Shown: positions 16,628-26,089, counted from the stretch's first letter. The stretch is DNA of 64,000 bases from Candidatus Acidiferrales bacterium (GCA_050015155.1 JBEKBY010000011.1:633-64632); one strand, 5' to 3'. Translations and numbers: made by a program. Notes: a model not told the origin generated them from the sequence alone.

Positions 16628-19398
16628 CGCCGGAGCGCTGGCAGGAAGTCAAGAAGGTGCTCGCGGGCGCCCTCGAACGGACGCCGGAAGAGAGACGCGC
16701 CTATCTCGACCAAACCTGCGCTGAACCAGATATGCGCCGTGAAGTCGAATCCCTCATCGCCGCTCACGAACAAGGGGACGGAAGTTTCATGGGGCAGCCC
16801 GCCGTCCAATCGAAAGAGCTGGCGATCGGCTCCCGGCTCGGACCCTATGAAATCCTCGCGCTCATCGGTGCAGGCGGCATGGGAGTCGTCTATCGCGCGC
16901 GCGATGAACGGCTGGAACGTGACGTGGCGCTGAAAGTTCTTCCCGCAGGCCTGCTGGCAGATGAGACCGTGCGACGCCGCTTCCGTAAAGAAGCGCTGGC
17001 GCTAGCAAAGCTCAGCCATCCGAACATTGCTGTGATCCATGACTTCGGTGAAGACGGCGGCGTGAACTATCTTGTCATGGAATACGTGCTCGGCCAGTCC
17101 CTCGCTGAAAAGCTGAAATCGGGCACGCTGCCAGAAATAGAACTCATTTCGCTGGGTGACCAGATTGCAGCGGCGTTAGAAGAAGCACACGAACATGGGA
17201 TCGTACACAGAGACCTGAAACCGGCGAACATCATGGTCACGCCGAAGGGTCAAGCGAAGGTCTTGGATTTCGGCTTGGCAAAACTGCTAGCGCCGGCGGA
17301 AGCCGGAGACGTAACGCAATCTCTCGCCGAAGGAGAAGTCGCTGGGACACTGCCCTACATGGCACCGGAGCAGTTGCTGGGCGAGCCGGCCGATGCGCGA
17401 ACCGACCTTTGGGCTCTTGGCGTAGTGTTGTACGAGGCGGCCACGGGGCAAAGGCCTTTCTCCGAGAAGCTAAGTTCGCGCCTCATTGATGCCATTCTCC
17501 ATCAGCCGCCCGTGGCCCCGCGCATCCTGAATCCTCGCCTTTCACAGGAGACGGAATCCATCCTGGACAAAGCGCTATCAAAAGATCGAAGCCTTCGCTA
17601 TCAAACTTCTTCCGAGATGCGCGCCGATATTAACTCCGTGCAGTACGGACTGGCACCCCAGCATTTGACTACAATTGCGCTCGCCAAAGGGCGTCGCGCG
17701 CGCGGATTCACCGCCGCCCTTTTGGCCGCGGTTCTTCTTGGCGGCGGTGTGGCGGCTGTCCCTTCGGTGCGCGCGCGGATACATGGTTGGCTTGGCGCCA
17801 GAGTTATCCCGCAGGAAAGGCAACTGGCCGTGCTGCCGTTTGAAGTGACGGGTGGCGACCCTAGCGCCAAGGCCTTCGGCGACGGTCTGACTGAGACTCT
17901 GACGGCGAAACTCGCCCAGCTCACAACGAGTCAGCCGTTGGTGGTAATTTCCGCGTCGGCAGTGCAGGCCAGACGAGTCGTGACGGCGGACCAAGCGCGC
18001 CAAGAGTTTGGTGTGAATTTGGCTTTGGAAGGAAACCTGGTCCGATCCGGAGACCGAATACGCGTCAACTGTAACTTGGTGGATACTCGCACTCACCGAC
18101 AACTCAGGGCAGATAGCATCACAGTAGTCACATCCGATCCGTTTGAGGTCCAAGATGAAGTGGTGAATGGAGCCTTACGGATGCTGGACTTGGAGGTACC
18201 GCCTCGACTCGAGCCCGGGGAGACTCACGTTACTTCAGTCCCTGGCGCCTATGACCTTTACTTGCAAGCGCGGGGTTACCTGCAAGACTACGACAAGGTA
18301 GAAAACCTCGATAGTGCCATCACGGTCTTCAACCAGGCGCTCGACCTCGATCCCAATTTTGCCCTAGCCTACGCCGGGTTGGGCGAGGCGTACTGGCAGA
18401 AATACGCGGCGAGCAAGGATGCGCGCTGGGTCGCGTCTGCTCGCGAGGCCTGCGGACGAGCGCTGAGGTCCGACGCAAAACTCGCCGCTGCACATGTCTG
18501 CCTAGGACGAATCGAGAGCGGTACCGGCGAGCGCGAGAAGGCGGCGGTAGAGTTCGAGCACGCAGTCGAAATCGAGCCGACCAGCGACGATGCTTATCGC
18601 GGACTGGCGGATGCGTACGAAGATCTTGGCAAGCCTGCGGAGGCGGAAAAAACCTACCGCCGAGCTATCGAATTGCGACCCCGTTATTGGGTGCTCTATA
18701 GCGCCCTCGGAAAGTTTTACGATCGCCAAGCTCGCTACGCGGAAGCCGCCTCGATGTTTTCTCAGGTGATCGCACTTGCTCCTGATAGTATCCGCGGCTA
18801 CTACGATCTGGGCGCCATGTACATTTATCAGGGCCGCTACGCCGAAGCGATCGGTATGTTCCAACGATCGATCGCAATCCGACCAACGGCCGGCGCTTAC
18901 AGCAACTTGGGCAGCGCATACTTCTATCTCCGACGATATTACGAAGCCGACAGCGCCTACGGAGAGGCACTGAAGCTCAGCCAGAATAACTATGACTTTT
19001 GGTGGAACGTTGGCGAGGGCTACTACTGGACGCCGGGAAAGCGCGTGGAGTCCGCCCCGTATTATAGGCAGGCGATTTCACTGGCTAAGGAAGCGCTGCA
19101 GGTGAATCGGCGCGACGCCTACGCCCTCGGGGTTTTGGCATACTGCCATGCGATGTTAGGGGAGCGGAAGCCAGCGCTCGACTACCTGCGAGAAGGACTC
19201 AAGCTGGCCCCAGAAGATTCCGAGATACGCTTTAAGGCGGCACTTGTTTACACCCAATTCGGCGAGGTCACGCAGGCGCTGGACTGGCTGAACAAGGCAC
19301 TTGTCGCAGGATTCTCAGCAACCGTTGTGCGCGATACACCGAATTTCGACGCTTTGCGGTCCGACCCTCGTTTCAAAGCGTTGATTGACGCCAAGTAA
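16624..19398 (+). CDS. Ser/Thr protein kinase with N-terminal sigma-associated region, TM helix and C-terminal TPR repeats
   Basis: N-terminus ERWQEVKKVLAGALERTPEERRAYLDQTC..EVESLIAAHEQ. Kinase motifs GAGGMGVVY, HRDLKPANI, DFGLAK and APEQ. TM FTAALLAAVLLGGGVAAV. Multiple TPR-like repeats (AYAGLGEAYWQ.., AYRGLADAYEDLGKPAEAEKTYRRAIEL..). Confidence 0.9.
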   Translation: MTPERWQEVKKVLAGALERTPEERRAYLDQTCAEPDMRREVESLIAAHEQGDGSFMGQPAVQSKELAIGSRLGPYEILALIGAGGMGVVYRARDERLERDVALKVLPAGLLADETVRRRFRKEALALAKLSHPNIAVIHDFGEDGGVNYLVMEYVLGQSLAEKLKSGTLPEIELISLGDQIAAALEEAHEHGIVHRDLKPANIMVTPKGQAKVLDFGLAKLLAPAEAGDVTQSLAEGEVAGTLPYMAPEQLLGEPADARTDLWALGVVLYEAATGQRPFSEKLSSRLIDAILHQPPVAPRILNPRLSQETESILDKALSKDRSLRYQTSSEMRADINSVQYGLAPQHLTTIALAKGRRARGFTAALLAAVLLGGGVAAVPSVRARIHGWLGARVIPQERQLAVLPFEVTGGDPSAKAFGDGLTETLTAKLAQLTTSQPLVVISASAVQARRVVTADQARQEFGVNLALEGNLVRSGDRIRVNCNLVDTRTHRQLRADSITVVTSDPFEVQDEVVNGALRMLDLEVPPRLEPGETHVTSVPGAYDLYLQARGYLQDYDKVENLDSAITVFNQALDLDPNFALAYAGLGEAYWQKYAASKDARWVASAREACGRALRSDAKLAAAHVCLGRIESGTGEREKAAVEFEHAVEIEPTSDDAYRGLADAYEDLGKPAEAEKTYRRAIELRPRYWVLYSALGKFYDRQARYAEAASMFSQVIALAPDSIRGYYDLGAMYIYQGRYAEAIGMFQRSIAIRPTAGAYSNLGSAYFYLRRYYEADSAYGEALKLSQNNYDFWWNVGEGYYWTPGKRVESAPYYRQAISLAKEALQVNRRDAYALGVLAYCHAMLGERKPALDYLREGLKLAPEDSEIRFKAALVYTQFGEVTQALDWLNKALVAGFSATVVRDTPNFDALRSDPRFKALIDAK

Positions 19399-19420
19399 AT
19401 TCTCGCGGAAAGGAGAAACA

Positions 19421-19759
19421 ATGGCCAACACAGCAGCAGGTCCAGCTAAAAGCCACCCCAGGACTCACGTAGTAAAGCTCACGGTCGATGCCCGTGGAAA
19501 TATCGACAGCGTCGAGCCTGAGGAGGTCAGCATCTCAAAATGTAAGCAGGAGGAGGTGATGTGGGAAATCAACAGAGATGAATACTTCACCGTCGACTTT
19601 GGAGACAAGTCGCCGTTCTACGAGTCGCAGTTCAGTAAAGATGACCCCGTTTCCGGCCTTGTGCAGCGTCGCGTCCTCTGCGATCCGGGAAAGAAATACA
19701 AATACACGGTCCGAACGAAGCACGACCAAAAGGATCCGGCGATTATCGTGGATCAATAA
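19421..19759 (+). CDS. small hypothetical protein (112 aa)
   Basis: ATG 19421 preceded by AGGAGA. Sequence MANTAAGPAKSHPRTHVVKLTVDARGN..VMWEINRDEYFTVDFGDKSPF..KYKYTVRT..DPAIIVDQ. Sits directly downstream of the TPR kinase. Confidence 0.65.
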   Translation: MANTAAGPAKSHPRTHVVKLTVDARGNIDSVEPEEVSISKCKQEEVMWEINRDEYFTVDFGDKSPFYESQFSKDDPVSGLVQRRVLCDPGKKYKYTVRTKHDQKDPAIIVDQ

Positions 19760-19846
19760 GAGAGATCAACCCTACTTGGTGCCGGGCAAGGTTCCGAATT
19801 GCGCCACATACCCCGAGTCGCCGTGGCCAACGACGCACTCGGGTTT

Positions 19847-20071
19847 CTTGCTCACGGCAGGAAGTCAAGAAAGTGCTCGCGGGCGCCCTCGAACGGACGC
19901 CAGAGGAGAGGCGCGTTTATCTCGACCAAGTCTGCAGTGAACCGGCGCTGCGCAGCGAGGTGGAATCCCTCATCGCCGCGCACGAACAAGGGGACAACAC
20001 TTTCATGGGCGGTCCGGTGGTGAGCCGCGACGAGGCGCTAAAGAGCGGCACCAAGTTAGGGCCGTACGAAA
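19847..20071 (+). pseudogene. 225-bp fragment of a second sigma-associated kinase gene (N-terminal region only)
   Basis: ..QEVKKVLAGALERTPEERRVYLDQVCSEPALRSEVESLIAAHEQGDNTFMG..GTKLGPYEILA parallels residues 7-84 of the 16624 kinase. The first ~46 nt are nearly identical at DNA level. It lacks a start codon, a sigma gene and the kinase domain. Confidence 0.65.
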
Positions 20072-20097
20072 TCCTCGCGCGCCTCGCGGTTACCCGG

Positions 20098-20500
20098 TCA
20101 ACGCCCCTTGGAACTTTTCTTTCTTCGCTCCGCCCATCGCTTCTTCATCATGTCCGACAGACGCTGTCTACCTGCCGGGGTGAAGATGGTGGCGCTTCTT
20201 TTTGGTGCGAGTGGCTCGATGCGGAACAGCACTCCTTCTTGCGGAGGCTTTTGATGACTGGCCTTCCAGTGCTGCTATCGCTTGGCTGAGCCGGTCTCTT
20301 TCCCGCTTCAGTTCCGCTACGATTCTTCCCGTATCCAAGATGCCCTCCTCTCGTTTGCTGCCTCGTTTGCAGAGTGTGAGTCCGTCTCCGATACCTGAAA
20401 CGAACAGGCTGGACGTCATCTCACGAGCGGTCTGGTTTTGCGATTGCGGGCTTCTGTTTGTGCTGTCCCAATTTGGGCAATAATATACTTCGCTAACCAA
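20098..20500 (-). pseudogene. small coiled-coil/basic protein, apparently frameshifted
   Basis: Frame 1 gives ..GRIVAELKRERDRLSQAIAALEGQSSKASARRS.. and stops at 20168. A second frame continues APKRSATIFTPAGRQRLSDMMKKRWAERRKKSSKGR* to 20098, a C-terminus typical of this kind of small protein. Confidence 0.35.
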
Positions 20501-20531
20501 GCTGGTAGGATTGTTTACGCCGTGAGGGCAG

Positions 20532-20849
20532 TTAGACAGATACCTTTGCTACAGGGTCTCCGAGATGGAAAACCAGCTTTGCAGGTTTCTCCTGCTCGAT
20601 TAGTTCGTACTTACCCTTGCTTTCGGGTACGGGTTTGAATTTTCCGCTGCGGCTTATCGCGGTGAATATAACACTCGACGCGTTCTTAGGATTTGTGAAC
20701 AGGCCAGCCTTAGTCATCAAGCGTCTTGCGGCCTTGACCACGAGAATATTGTTGTTGGCTTTTGCAATGGAGATAAGAGCCTCCAGATGAGTCTTGTCAG
20801 AAAGGTCGATGTTAGCCATACCCGGAGTAGGTAGGCCCATCAGCTTCAA
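20532..20849 (-). CDS. hypothetical protein (about 105 aa, start uncertain)
   Basis: AT-richer ORF. The upstream in-frame sequence (..FFNKLLAEVEKEFEAVSTTL..) also looks coding, but the only ATGs (20915 area) are out of frame across a T5 run. The start could be TTG, or there may be a frameshift. Confidence 0.4.
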   Translation of the reverse strand: MKLMGLPTPGMANIDLSDKTHLEALISIAKANNNILVVKAARRLMTKAGLFTNPKNASSVIFTAISRSGKFKPVPESKGKYELIEQEKPAKLVFHLGDPVAKVSV

Positions 20850-21031
20850 GGTAGTTGAAACTGCCTCAAATTCCTTCTCAACCTCAGCTAACAGCTTGTT
20901 GAAAAACGTCCTTCGTTCATCATTCCGAGCACAGCGAGGAATCTCCTTTCAACGAAAGCCCAACAAAAAGAGAAATTCCTCGGGCAACTTTGGCGCTCGG
21001 AATGGCGGGCTTGGGCTTTTTCAACAAGCTG

Positions 21032-22177
21032 CTACCTCTTTCCAGCCGATAGGACGTCGATCAGACGCGAGACGTGCTCCGGCGTGTTGTAGAGATAGGG
21101 CGCGATGCGGATCGCGTTCTCGCGAAGGCTGACGAAGATCTGAGCCGCGCGTAGCTTCTCGAAAATCGCCGTCGTCTCGTCCGCGTTGCGCGCGGAAATG
21201 CAGACGTAAGGTCCACGCCGCTCGAATTCGGGCGGAGACGTAAGAACGAACGATTCCGGCAGCCGTTTGATGATCTCGCCAACGAGCCCGTCGTTGTGCC
21301 GCGCGATCGAATCCACACCGGCGCGCAGAATCAAATCGAGCGACGCATCGAGCGCCGCGAGATTCGTGAAGTTTGCGGTTTCCGGCGAATCCCAGCGGCG
21401 CGCACCGGGAACGGCGCGCGGATTTTCTAGCGTCAGCATCTGAAAATCTCGCGCGCCTTCTAGCGCCATGAAATAGAGCGGGCCAACTTGCAATTGCTCG
21501 CCTGCTTCGGGAGCAGCCCAGAAAAAACCGGTGCCGTAAGGACCGAGCAGCCATTTGTATCCGCTGCACACGGCGAAATCCGCGCTCAGCTCGCGGATCG
21601 CTATGGGCATCGCGCCCGCGCACTGGGCCAGGTCCAGCAGCAAGAAGGCTCCGACTGCATGACATGCCTTCGCGACGCGCGCCACGTCGAGCCGAGCGCC
21701 GTCGTCAAACCGCACGAGGCTCGCCGAGACGATTCGCGTTCGTGGGCCGATGTGCTCGGCGTAATCGTCCGCGGTGATGAAGTGCCCGCGAGGAGAAACA
21801 ACGCGTATCCGCAGTTTTCCCGCGCGTTCATACGTGAGCCAGGTCGAGAGGTGAGTTGGGAACTCGCCGCGGCCGACCAGGACTTCGTCGCCGGGCTTCC
21901 ACTCGATGCCCGCCGCGACGCACGCCATACCGGCGCTGGCGCCGGTGGTGACGGCGATTTCATCCGGCTGGGCGCCGATGAGCTGCGCGGTTTTCGCGCG
22001 AATGCGATCGGGCAGGTCGAAGTGGATGCGGTCGGGTATCTGGTACGGCCGCATCTTCCACTCGAGAGCTTCGTGCGCCGCGCGCACGGCGGCGAGCGGA
22101 AGCGGCCCCTGATACGCCGCGTTCAGGTAGACGACGTCTCCGAAATCGGCGAACTCGCGACGATAGTCGAATTCCAA
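21032..22177 (-). CDS. aminotransferase class V (cysteine desulfurase / selenocysteine lyase-like PLP enzyme)
   Basis: 381 aa with an SGYKWLLGPYGTG PLP-lysine motif. Fold-type I layout. Confidence 0.85.
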   Translation of the reverse strand: MEFDYRREFADFGDVVYLNAAYQGPLPLAAVRAAHEALEWKMRPYQIPDRIHFDLPDRIRAKTAQLIGAQPDEIAVTTGASAGMACVAAGIEWKPGDEVLVGRGEFPTHLSTWLTYERAGKLRIRVVSPRGHFITADDYAEHIGPRTRIVSASLVRFDDGARLDVARVAKACHAVGAFLLLDLAQCAGAMPIAIRELSADFAVCSGYKWLLGPYGTGFFWAAPEAGEQLQVGPLYFMALEGARDFQMLTLENPRAVPGARRWDSPETANFTNLAALDASLDLILRAGVDSIARHNDGLVGEIIKRLPESFVLTSPPEFERRGPYVCISARNADETTAIFEKLRAAQIFVSLRENAIRIAPYLYNTPEHVSRLIDVLSAGKR

Positions 22178-22282
22178 GGTCGCCTCCAGCCTTCACGAAC
22201 ATCTTATTCGTGGAAGAGAGCGGCGGGAAGGCGCGGAAAGTCCCACGCGAAGGACAATTTGGCTCGCCCATCCGAGGAGCAG

Positions 22283-22969
22283 TCAGAAGTGGCCGCGCAG
22301 TTCGCGGAATGCCGCGAGAATCAGCAGCCTGCCCGTACCGCTTTCGAGCTCCGACTTTTCAAGCTCCCAGGTGGCGGAATGAGGAATGAAGACCGCGTTC
22401 AAGCCCGATTGCAGGGCCGGATTGATATCACTGCGCGGGCTATTCCCCACCATCCAGCCGTGGGATTTCACGATCCTGAACTGGTCGATCACGCGCTCGT
22501 ACGTCGCCGACTCCTTTTCGAGCACAATTTCGATGGCATCAAAATACGACTGAAGGCCGGAGCGCTCGACCTTGGCGGCCTGCTCGGCGGGCTCGCCCTT
22601 GGTCAGCAGGATCAAGCGGTGGTGCTTCGCGAGATAGGCCAGCGTCTCGGGAACACCGTCCAGGATGTGCGGCGGCGTGTTCTCGAGCTCGCGAGCCATG
22701 CGCTCGATCTCCTTGACGATCTCGCGGCGCGCCGAATTCCCCGCGAGCTTGAGGTATGTCTCCTCGAGCGAACGCCGGAAGCTGCGTACACCGTAGCCGT
22801 GCTGCCGGATGTTGCGGCGCTCGGTCTCGTTCAGGATGTGGCGGATGTATTCGCGCGTGTAGCCGAGGTGCTCGAGCTGGGTGACGAAATCGTCGATCGT
22901 CTTCTCGAAGAAGATGTTGTTTTCCCAGAGCGTATCATCGGCGTCGATCAGAAGGGTGTGGCGCGCCAT
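22283..22969 (-). CDS. HAD-superfamily hydrolase
   Basis: Motif I LLIDADDTLW (DxDxT), motif II LLTKG, and C-terminal GNSPRSD acidic motif. Confidence 0.85.
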   Translation of the reverse strand: MARHTLLIDADDTLWENNIFFEKTIDDFVTQLEHLGYTREYIRHILNETERRNIRQHGYGVRSFRRSLEETYLKLAGNSARREIVKEIERMARELENTPPHILDGVPETLAYLAKHHRLILLTKGEPAEQAAKVERSGLQSYFDAIEIVLEKESATYERVIDQFRIVKSHGWMVGNSPRSDINPALQSGLNAVFIPHSATWELEKSELESGTGRLLILAAFRELRGHF

Positions 22970-23056
22970 GCGAAGTCTCCATCTACAAATCTTGCTTCAG
23001 CGGAAAAAATAAGAGAAGGGAAATCTGCGGGCCGCGACGCCGCTGGGCAAAACGCG

Positions 23057-23383
23057 TCAGGCCGAGGCGGGAAGGAATTCGTAGCGCTCGATCCGCGCGG
23101 CCACGCCACGGCGGCCATTGTGCGGCTCGACGCGGAGGACGCGCGCGTAGCAGCGGATGTGGACGTCGCCGGCGAGCGTGATCTGCTGCGGCAGCGTGAG
23201 GACAAATTCGATCGCGCTCCCGGTTTCGAGGCTCGCCTCGATCAGGAAGTAAAGGCCGCGGAAGCTGACGTCGCGAGTCTCGCCCGACTTCTCGATCACA
23301 TCACCTGCGGCTGAGAAGCGGACTTTCAGGGGAAGCATCATCGAAAAACGCCGGGCTGCGCGCCGCTCCACACCGTTTTCCAT
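23057..23383 (-). CDS. PilZ domain protein
   Basis: RRAARR (RxxxR) and DVSFRGLYF (D/NxSxxG) c-di-GMP binding motifs. 108 aa. Confidence 0.8.
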   Translation of the reverse strand: MENGVERRAARRFSMMLPLKVRFSAAGDVIEKSGETRDVSFRGLYFLIEASLETGSAIEFVLTLPQQITLAGDVHIRCYARVLRVEPHNGRRGVAARIERYEFLPASA

Positions 23384-23541
23384 GAGCCCTCCTGGGTCTC
23401 CGGGCTTGCGCCAAAGCTACCACCCCCTCCCCACGCCGCGCAATGGGTTTTCACCGATGGGACCTATCCATGTTGCTTTCTGGCACATCGGATCGCGGGA
23501 ACCTTTGACCTCACCACGCGCTGCGGCTAGGATGTAGCGCC

Positions 23542-24243
23542 ATGCAGAATTCCGCGACACCAGTTGAGCTGCGCAAACACCCGCGCGCGCGCCTCGGGCT
23601 TCCCGCGAGGATTCGCTGGCTGGGGCCGCTCGGGATGCGGCTCGAAGTCAGGCACACGATCGATGTATCGCGCGAGGGACTTCTGTTCCGCCGCGACGAA
23701 CCTTGCGAACCGCGAGCGCGCGTGTGGGTCGCATTCCCGTTCGATGCCGCAGCGGCCACTTTCGTTCAGACGGAGACCCCGGCGCGCATCGCGCGCGTCG
23801 AAGCGAGCGCGGACGGAGGTTTCTACGTGGGCCTTCACCTCGAATTGCCGCGGCCATCGCCTCCGCCTGCGGGGCAGGAGCGGCGAAAATCTTCTCGCCT
23901 TCACTTTGCTCTGCCGATCTTCGTACGCCCGTCCGGAACTCCCTGGCCAGAAGAGTCGATGACTCAGGATGTTTCGCCCGACGGTGCGCGATTTGAGACC
24001 CTTCACACCTATACCGCCGGGCAAACCGTCCTTGCGCAGATTCCGTGGGGCGAATGGGCCAAGGCGGGGCAGATTATGGGCCGCGTTCTCCGCGTCGAAG
24101 TCTTCAAGGACGCGCCAGGTGCAGCCCCTATCGCAAACTCGGGAGCCGACGCCAGATTGGTTCTGGCATCCGTCGCCGTGCAGTGGATCAGCTCGGGAAG
24201 AAACCTCGACGCTGAGAGACCTCTGCGTCGGGCGAGTTCGTGA
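23542..24243 (+). CDS. tandem (double) PilZ domain protein
   Basis: Two motif pairs: RKHPR + DVSREG, and RRKSSR + DVSPDG. Confidence 0.8.
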   Translation: MQNSATPVELRKHPRARLGLPARIRWLGPLGMRLEVRHTIDVSREGLLFRRDEPCEPRARVWVAFPFDAAAATFVQTETPARIARVEASADGGFYVGLHLELPRPSPPPAGQERRKSSRLHFALPIFVRPSGTPWPEESMTQDVSPDGARFETLHTYTAGQTVLAQIPWGEWAKAGQIMGRVLRVEVFKDAPGAAPIANSGADARLVLASVAVQWISSGRNLDAERPLRRASS

Positions 24244-24299
24244 AACAAAGCCGTTCGCGATTCCCGGGGCACCCATCGCACTCTCGATTCTGAACCCTC

Positions 24300-24941
24300 A
24301 TGGCGGAAGTCTTCCACCGCAGCTTTTTCCTCGAAGGGCGCGCGGGCCGTCTCGAGGCCACGCTCTGGACCGCGCCGGTTCCCGATCCGGACTTCGTCGC
24401 CGTTGTGTGCCATCCGCATCCGCTCTACGGAGGCACGATGCACAATAAGGTCGTTTATCAAGCCGCGAAAGCGTTGCATCAACGGAGTGCATCTGTGCTG
24501 CGGTTCAATTTCCGCGGCGCGGAGCAGAGCGAGGGCGAGCACGATCGCGGGATCGGCGAACAGGACGACGTCCGCGCGGCGATCGACTACCTTGCGGCGG
24601 AGTTTCCCGCAAAGCCGGTTCTGGTGGCGGGGTTCAGCTTTGGATCATGGGTGGGCTTGCGAGTTGGATGCGAGGACGCGCGCGTCACGAAACTAATCGC
24701 TCTCGGCTTGCCGGACGACGTCGATGCGAGCTACCTGCGGTCATGCGCGAAGCCGAAGCTCTTCATTCAGGGCGGAAACGACCAATTCGGTTCCCGTGCG
24801 AACATCGAGGCGCTCTTCGCGAGCCTGCCGGAGCCGAAGCGGCTCGTCATCGTCGAACACGCCGACCATTTCTTCACCGGGCATCTCGACCAGGTCGGCG
24901 CCGCGATCAACTCGTGGCTCGAAGCGCAGCGTCCGCTCTGA
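24300..24941 (+). CDS. alpha/beta hydrolase (COG2945-like)
   Basis: 213 aa. HPHPLYGGTMHNKV motif and GFSFGSW nucleophile elbow. Confidence 0.8.
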   Translation: MAEVFHRSFFLEGRAGRLEATLWTAPVPDPDFVAVVCHPHPLYGGTMHNKVVYQAAKALHQRSASVLRFNFRGAEQSEGEHDRGIGEQDDVRAAIDYLAAEFPAKPVLVAGFSFGSWVGLRVGCEDARVTKLIALGLPDDVDASYLRSCAKPKLFIQGGNDQFGSRANIEALFASLPEPKRLVIVEHADHFFTGHLDQVGAAINSWLEAQRPL

Positions 24942-24949
24942 ATTGTCGA

Positions 24950-26089
24950 TCACGTTCGGGGCTCGAAGAGTTTCAGGAACTGATCGCGTGGGGTGGGCTC
25001 AACACCGACAACTTCGAGGTTCGCGCGAACGTGCTCGACGCGGCTCATGCCTACGAGCGCCGTGGTGACTCCGGGCACGGACCGCGCAAACTGCAGCGCC
25101 AGAGCGGAGTTGTTCTTCAATCCTAGGGCCGCGCCGATGTAAGGCGGCAAATTCCGCGTGAGCTGGCCTTGCAACAGGGCCGCGCTGGTCACTAGGGTGA
25201 TTCCCAAAGCGCGCGCAGCCTGCACCATCGCCGTCGTCTTCTTTTCGACCACTTGGTTCGGGCGCAGGAGCGCCTCCGGCATCGCCAGGTTCATCGGCAA
25301 CTGCACGACGCGAAAATGGTGGACCTGGCCGCCGGCTTCGCGGGCGATTTCCACCATATCGGCAAGCGAAAGATAGCCCGGCGCCTTGGCATCTTCGCGG
25401 AACGCGTTCCATGTGGCCAAGCCGTACGCGCCAATCTTTTTCGCGGCCACAGCGGACTCGAGAAACACGAATGCTTCGCGCATCCGGTCGTGAAACTGGC
25501 CGGGAGTGATGTCGCTCAACTGAGTTTCGGGATTGTGCAGGTAAAAGACGTCCACGCACTCGACGCCCAGATTCCGCAGGCTGCGGTCGAGCTGGTCGGC
25601 CAGATAGCGCGGCGCCATACAGTGGCAGCCCGCGGCGATTTCCTCCGCGCGAAAGATCCCACGCTCGAGGAACTCGCGCGAAAAGTATTCATTCGCATCG
25701 TCCGGCATTTCGCCGTCCGGAGTCAGGAAACCCGCCTTGGTGCAGAGAACGATCTCGTCGCGCGCGTAGCCTTTTACGGCCAACTCCCGGAGCGCCGCGC
25801 CGATCGAACGCTCGCTGCGTTGCAAGCGGTAGTTGATGGCCGAGTCCACCACGTTGATACCGCCTTCGATAGCGGCTACCGTCGCGCTTGTGTAGCCCTT
25901 GTCGGTTGCTTCATCCGGTTCGCCGAGATACGTTCCGATGCCGATCGAAGAGAAAAGCAGACCTCCGAGCACTTCGCGAAAATGACCCGCAGCCGCGCGC
26001 CCCTGAAATCGCGCCGCATAACGCAGTGTTCCCTGTGCGGTGGCGCGGCCGGGCATGCTCTTATGGTCAACTGCTGCGGAAGATGACAT
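24950..26089 (-). CDS. aldo/keto reductase
   Basis: AKR-type motifs (DSAINYR.., IVLCTKAG, VDVFYLHNP, LVGMSRVEHVRANL). Confidence 0.85.
   Translation of the reverse strand: MSSSAAVDHKSMPGRATAQGTLRYAARFQGRAAAGHFREVLGGLLFSSIGIGTYLGEPDEATDKGYTSATVAAIEGGINVVDSAINYRLQRSERSIGAALRELAVKGYARDEIVLCTKAGFLTPDGEMPDDANEYFSREFLERGIFRAEEIAAGCHCMAPRYLADQLDRSLRNLGVECVDVFYLHNPETQLSDITPGQFHDRMREAFVFLESAVAAKKIGAYGLATWNAFREDAKAPGYLSLADMVEIAREAGGQVHHFRVVQLPMNLAMPEALLRPNQVVEKKTTAMVQAARALGITLVTSAALLQGQLTRNLPPYIGAALGLKNNSALALQFARSVPGVTTALVGMSRVEHVRANLEVVGVEPTPRDQFLKLFEPRT

Noticed and set aside
21488-23314. 608-aa plus-strand ORF spanning the aminotransferase, HAD and PilZ genes.
   Set aside because: It crosses three well-supported minus-strand genes and their intergenic gaps. 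The composition is Arg/Ala/Gly-rich with no motifs, a GC-driven shadow ORF. The same reasoning applies to 25253-26086, 27380-28504, 28932-30071, 32831-33631 and 35043-35657.
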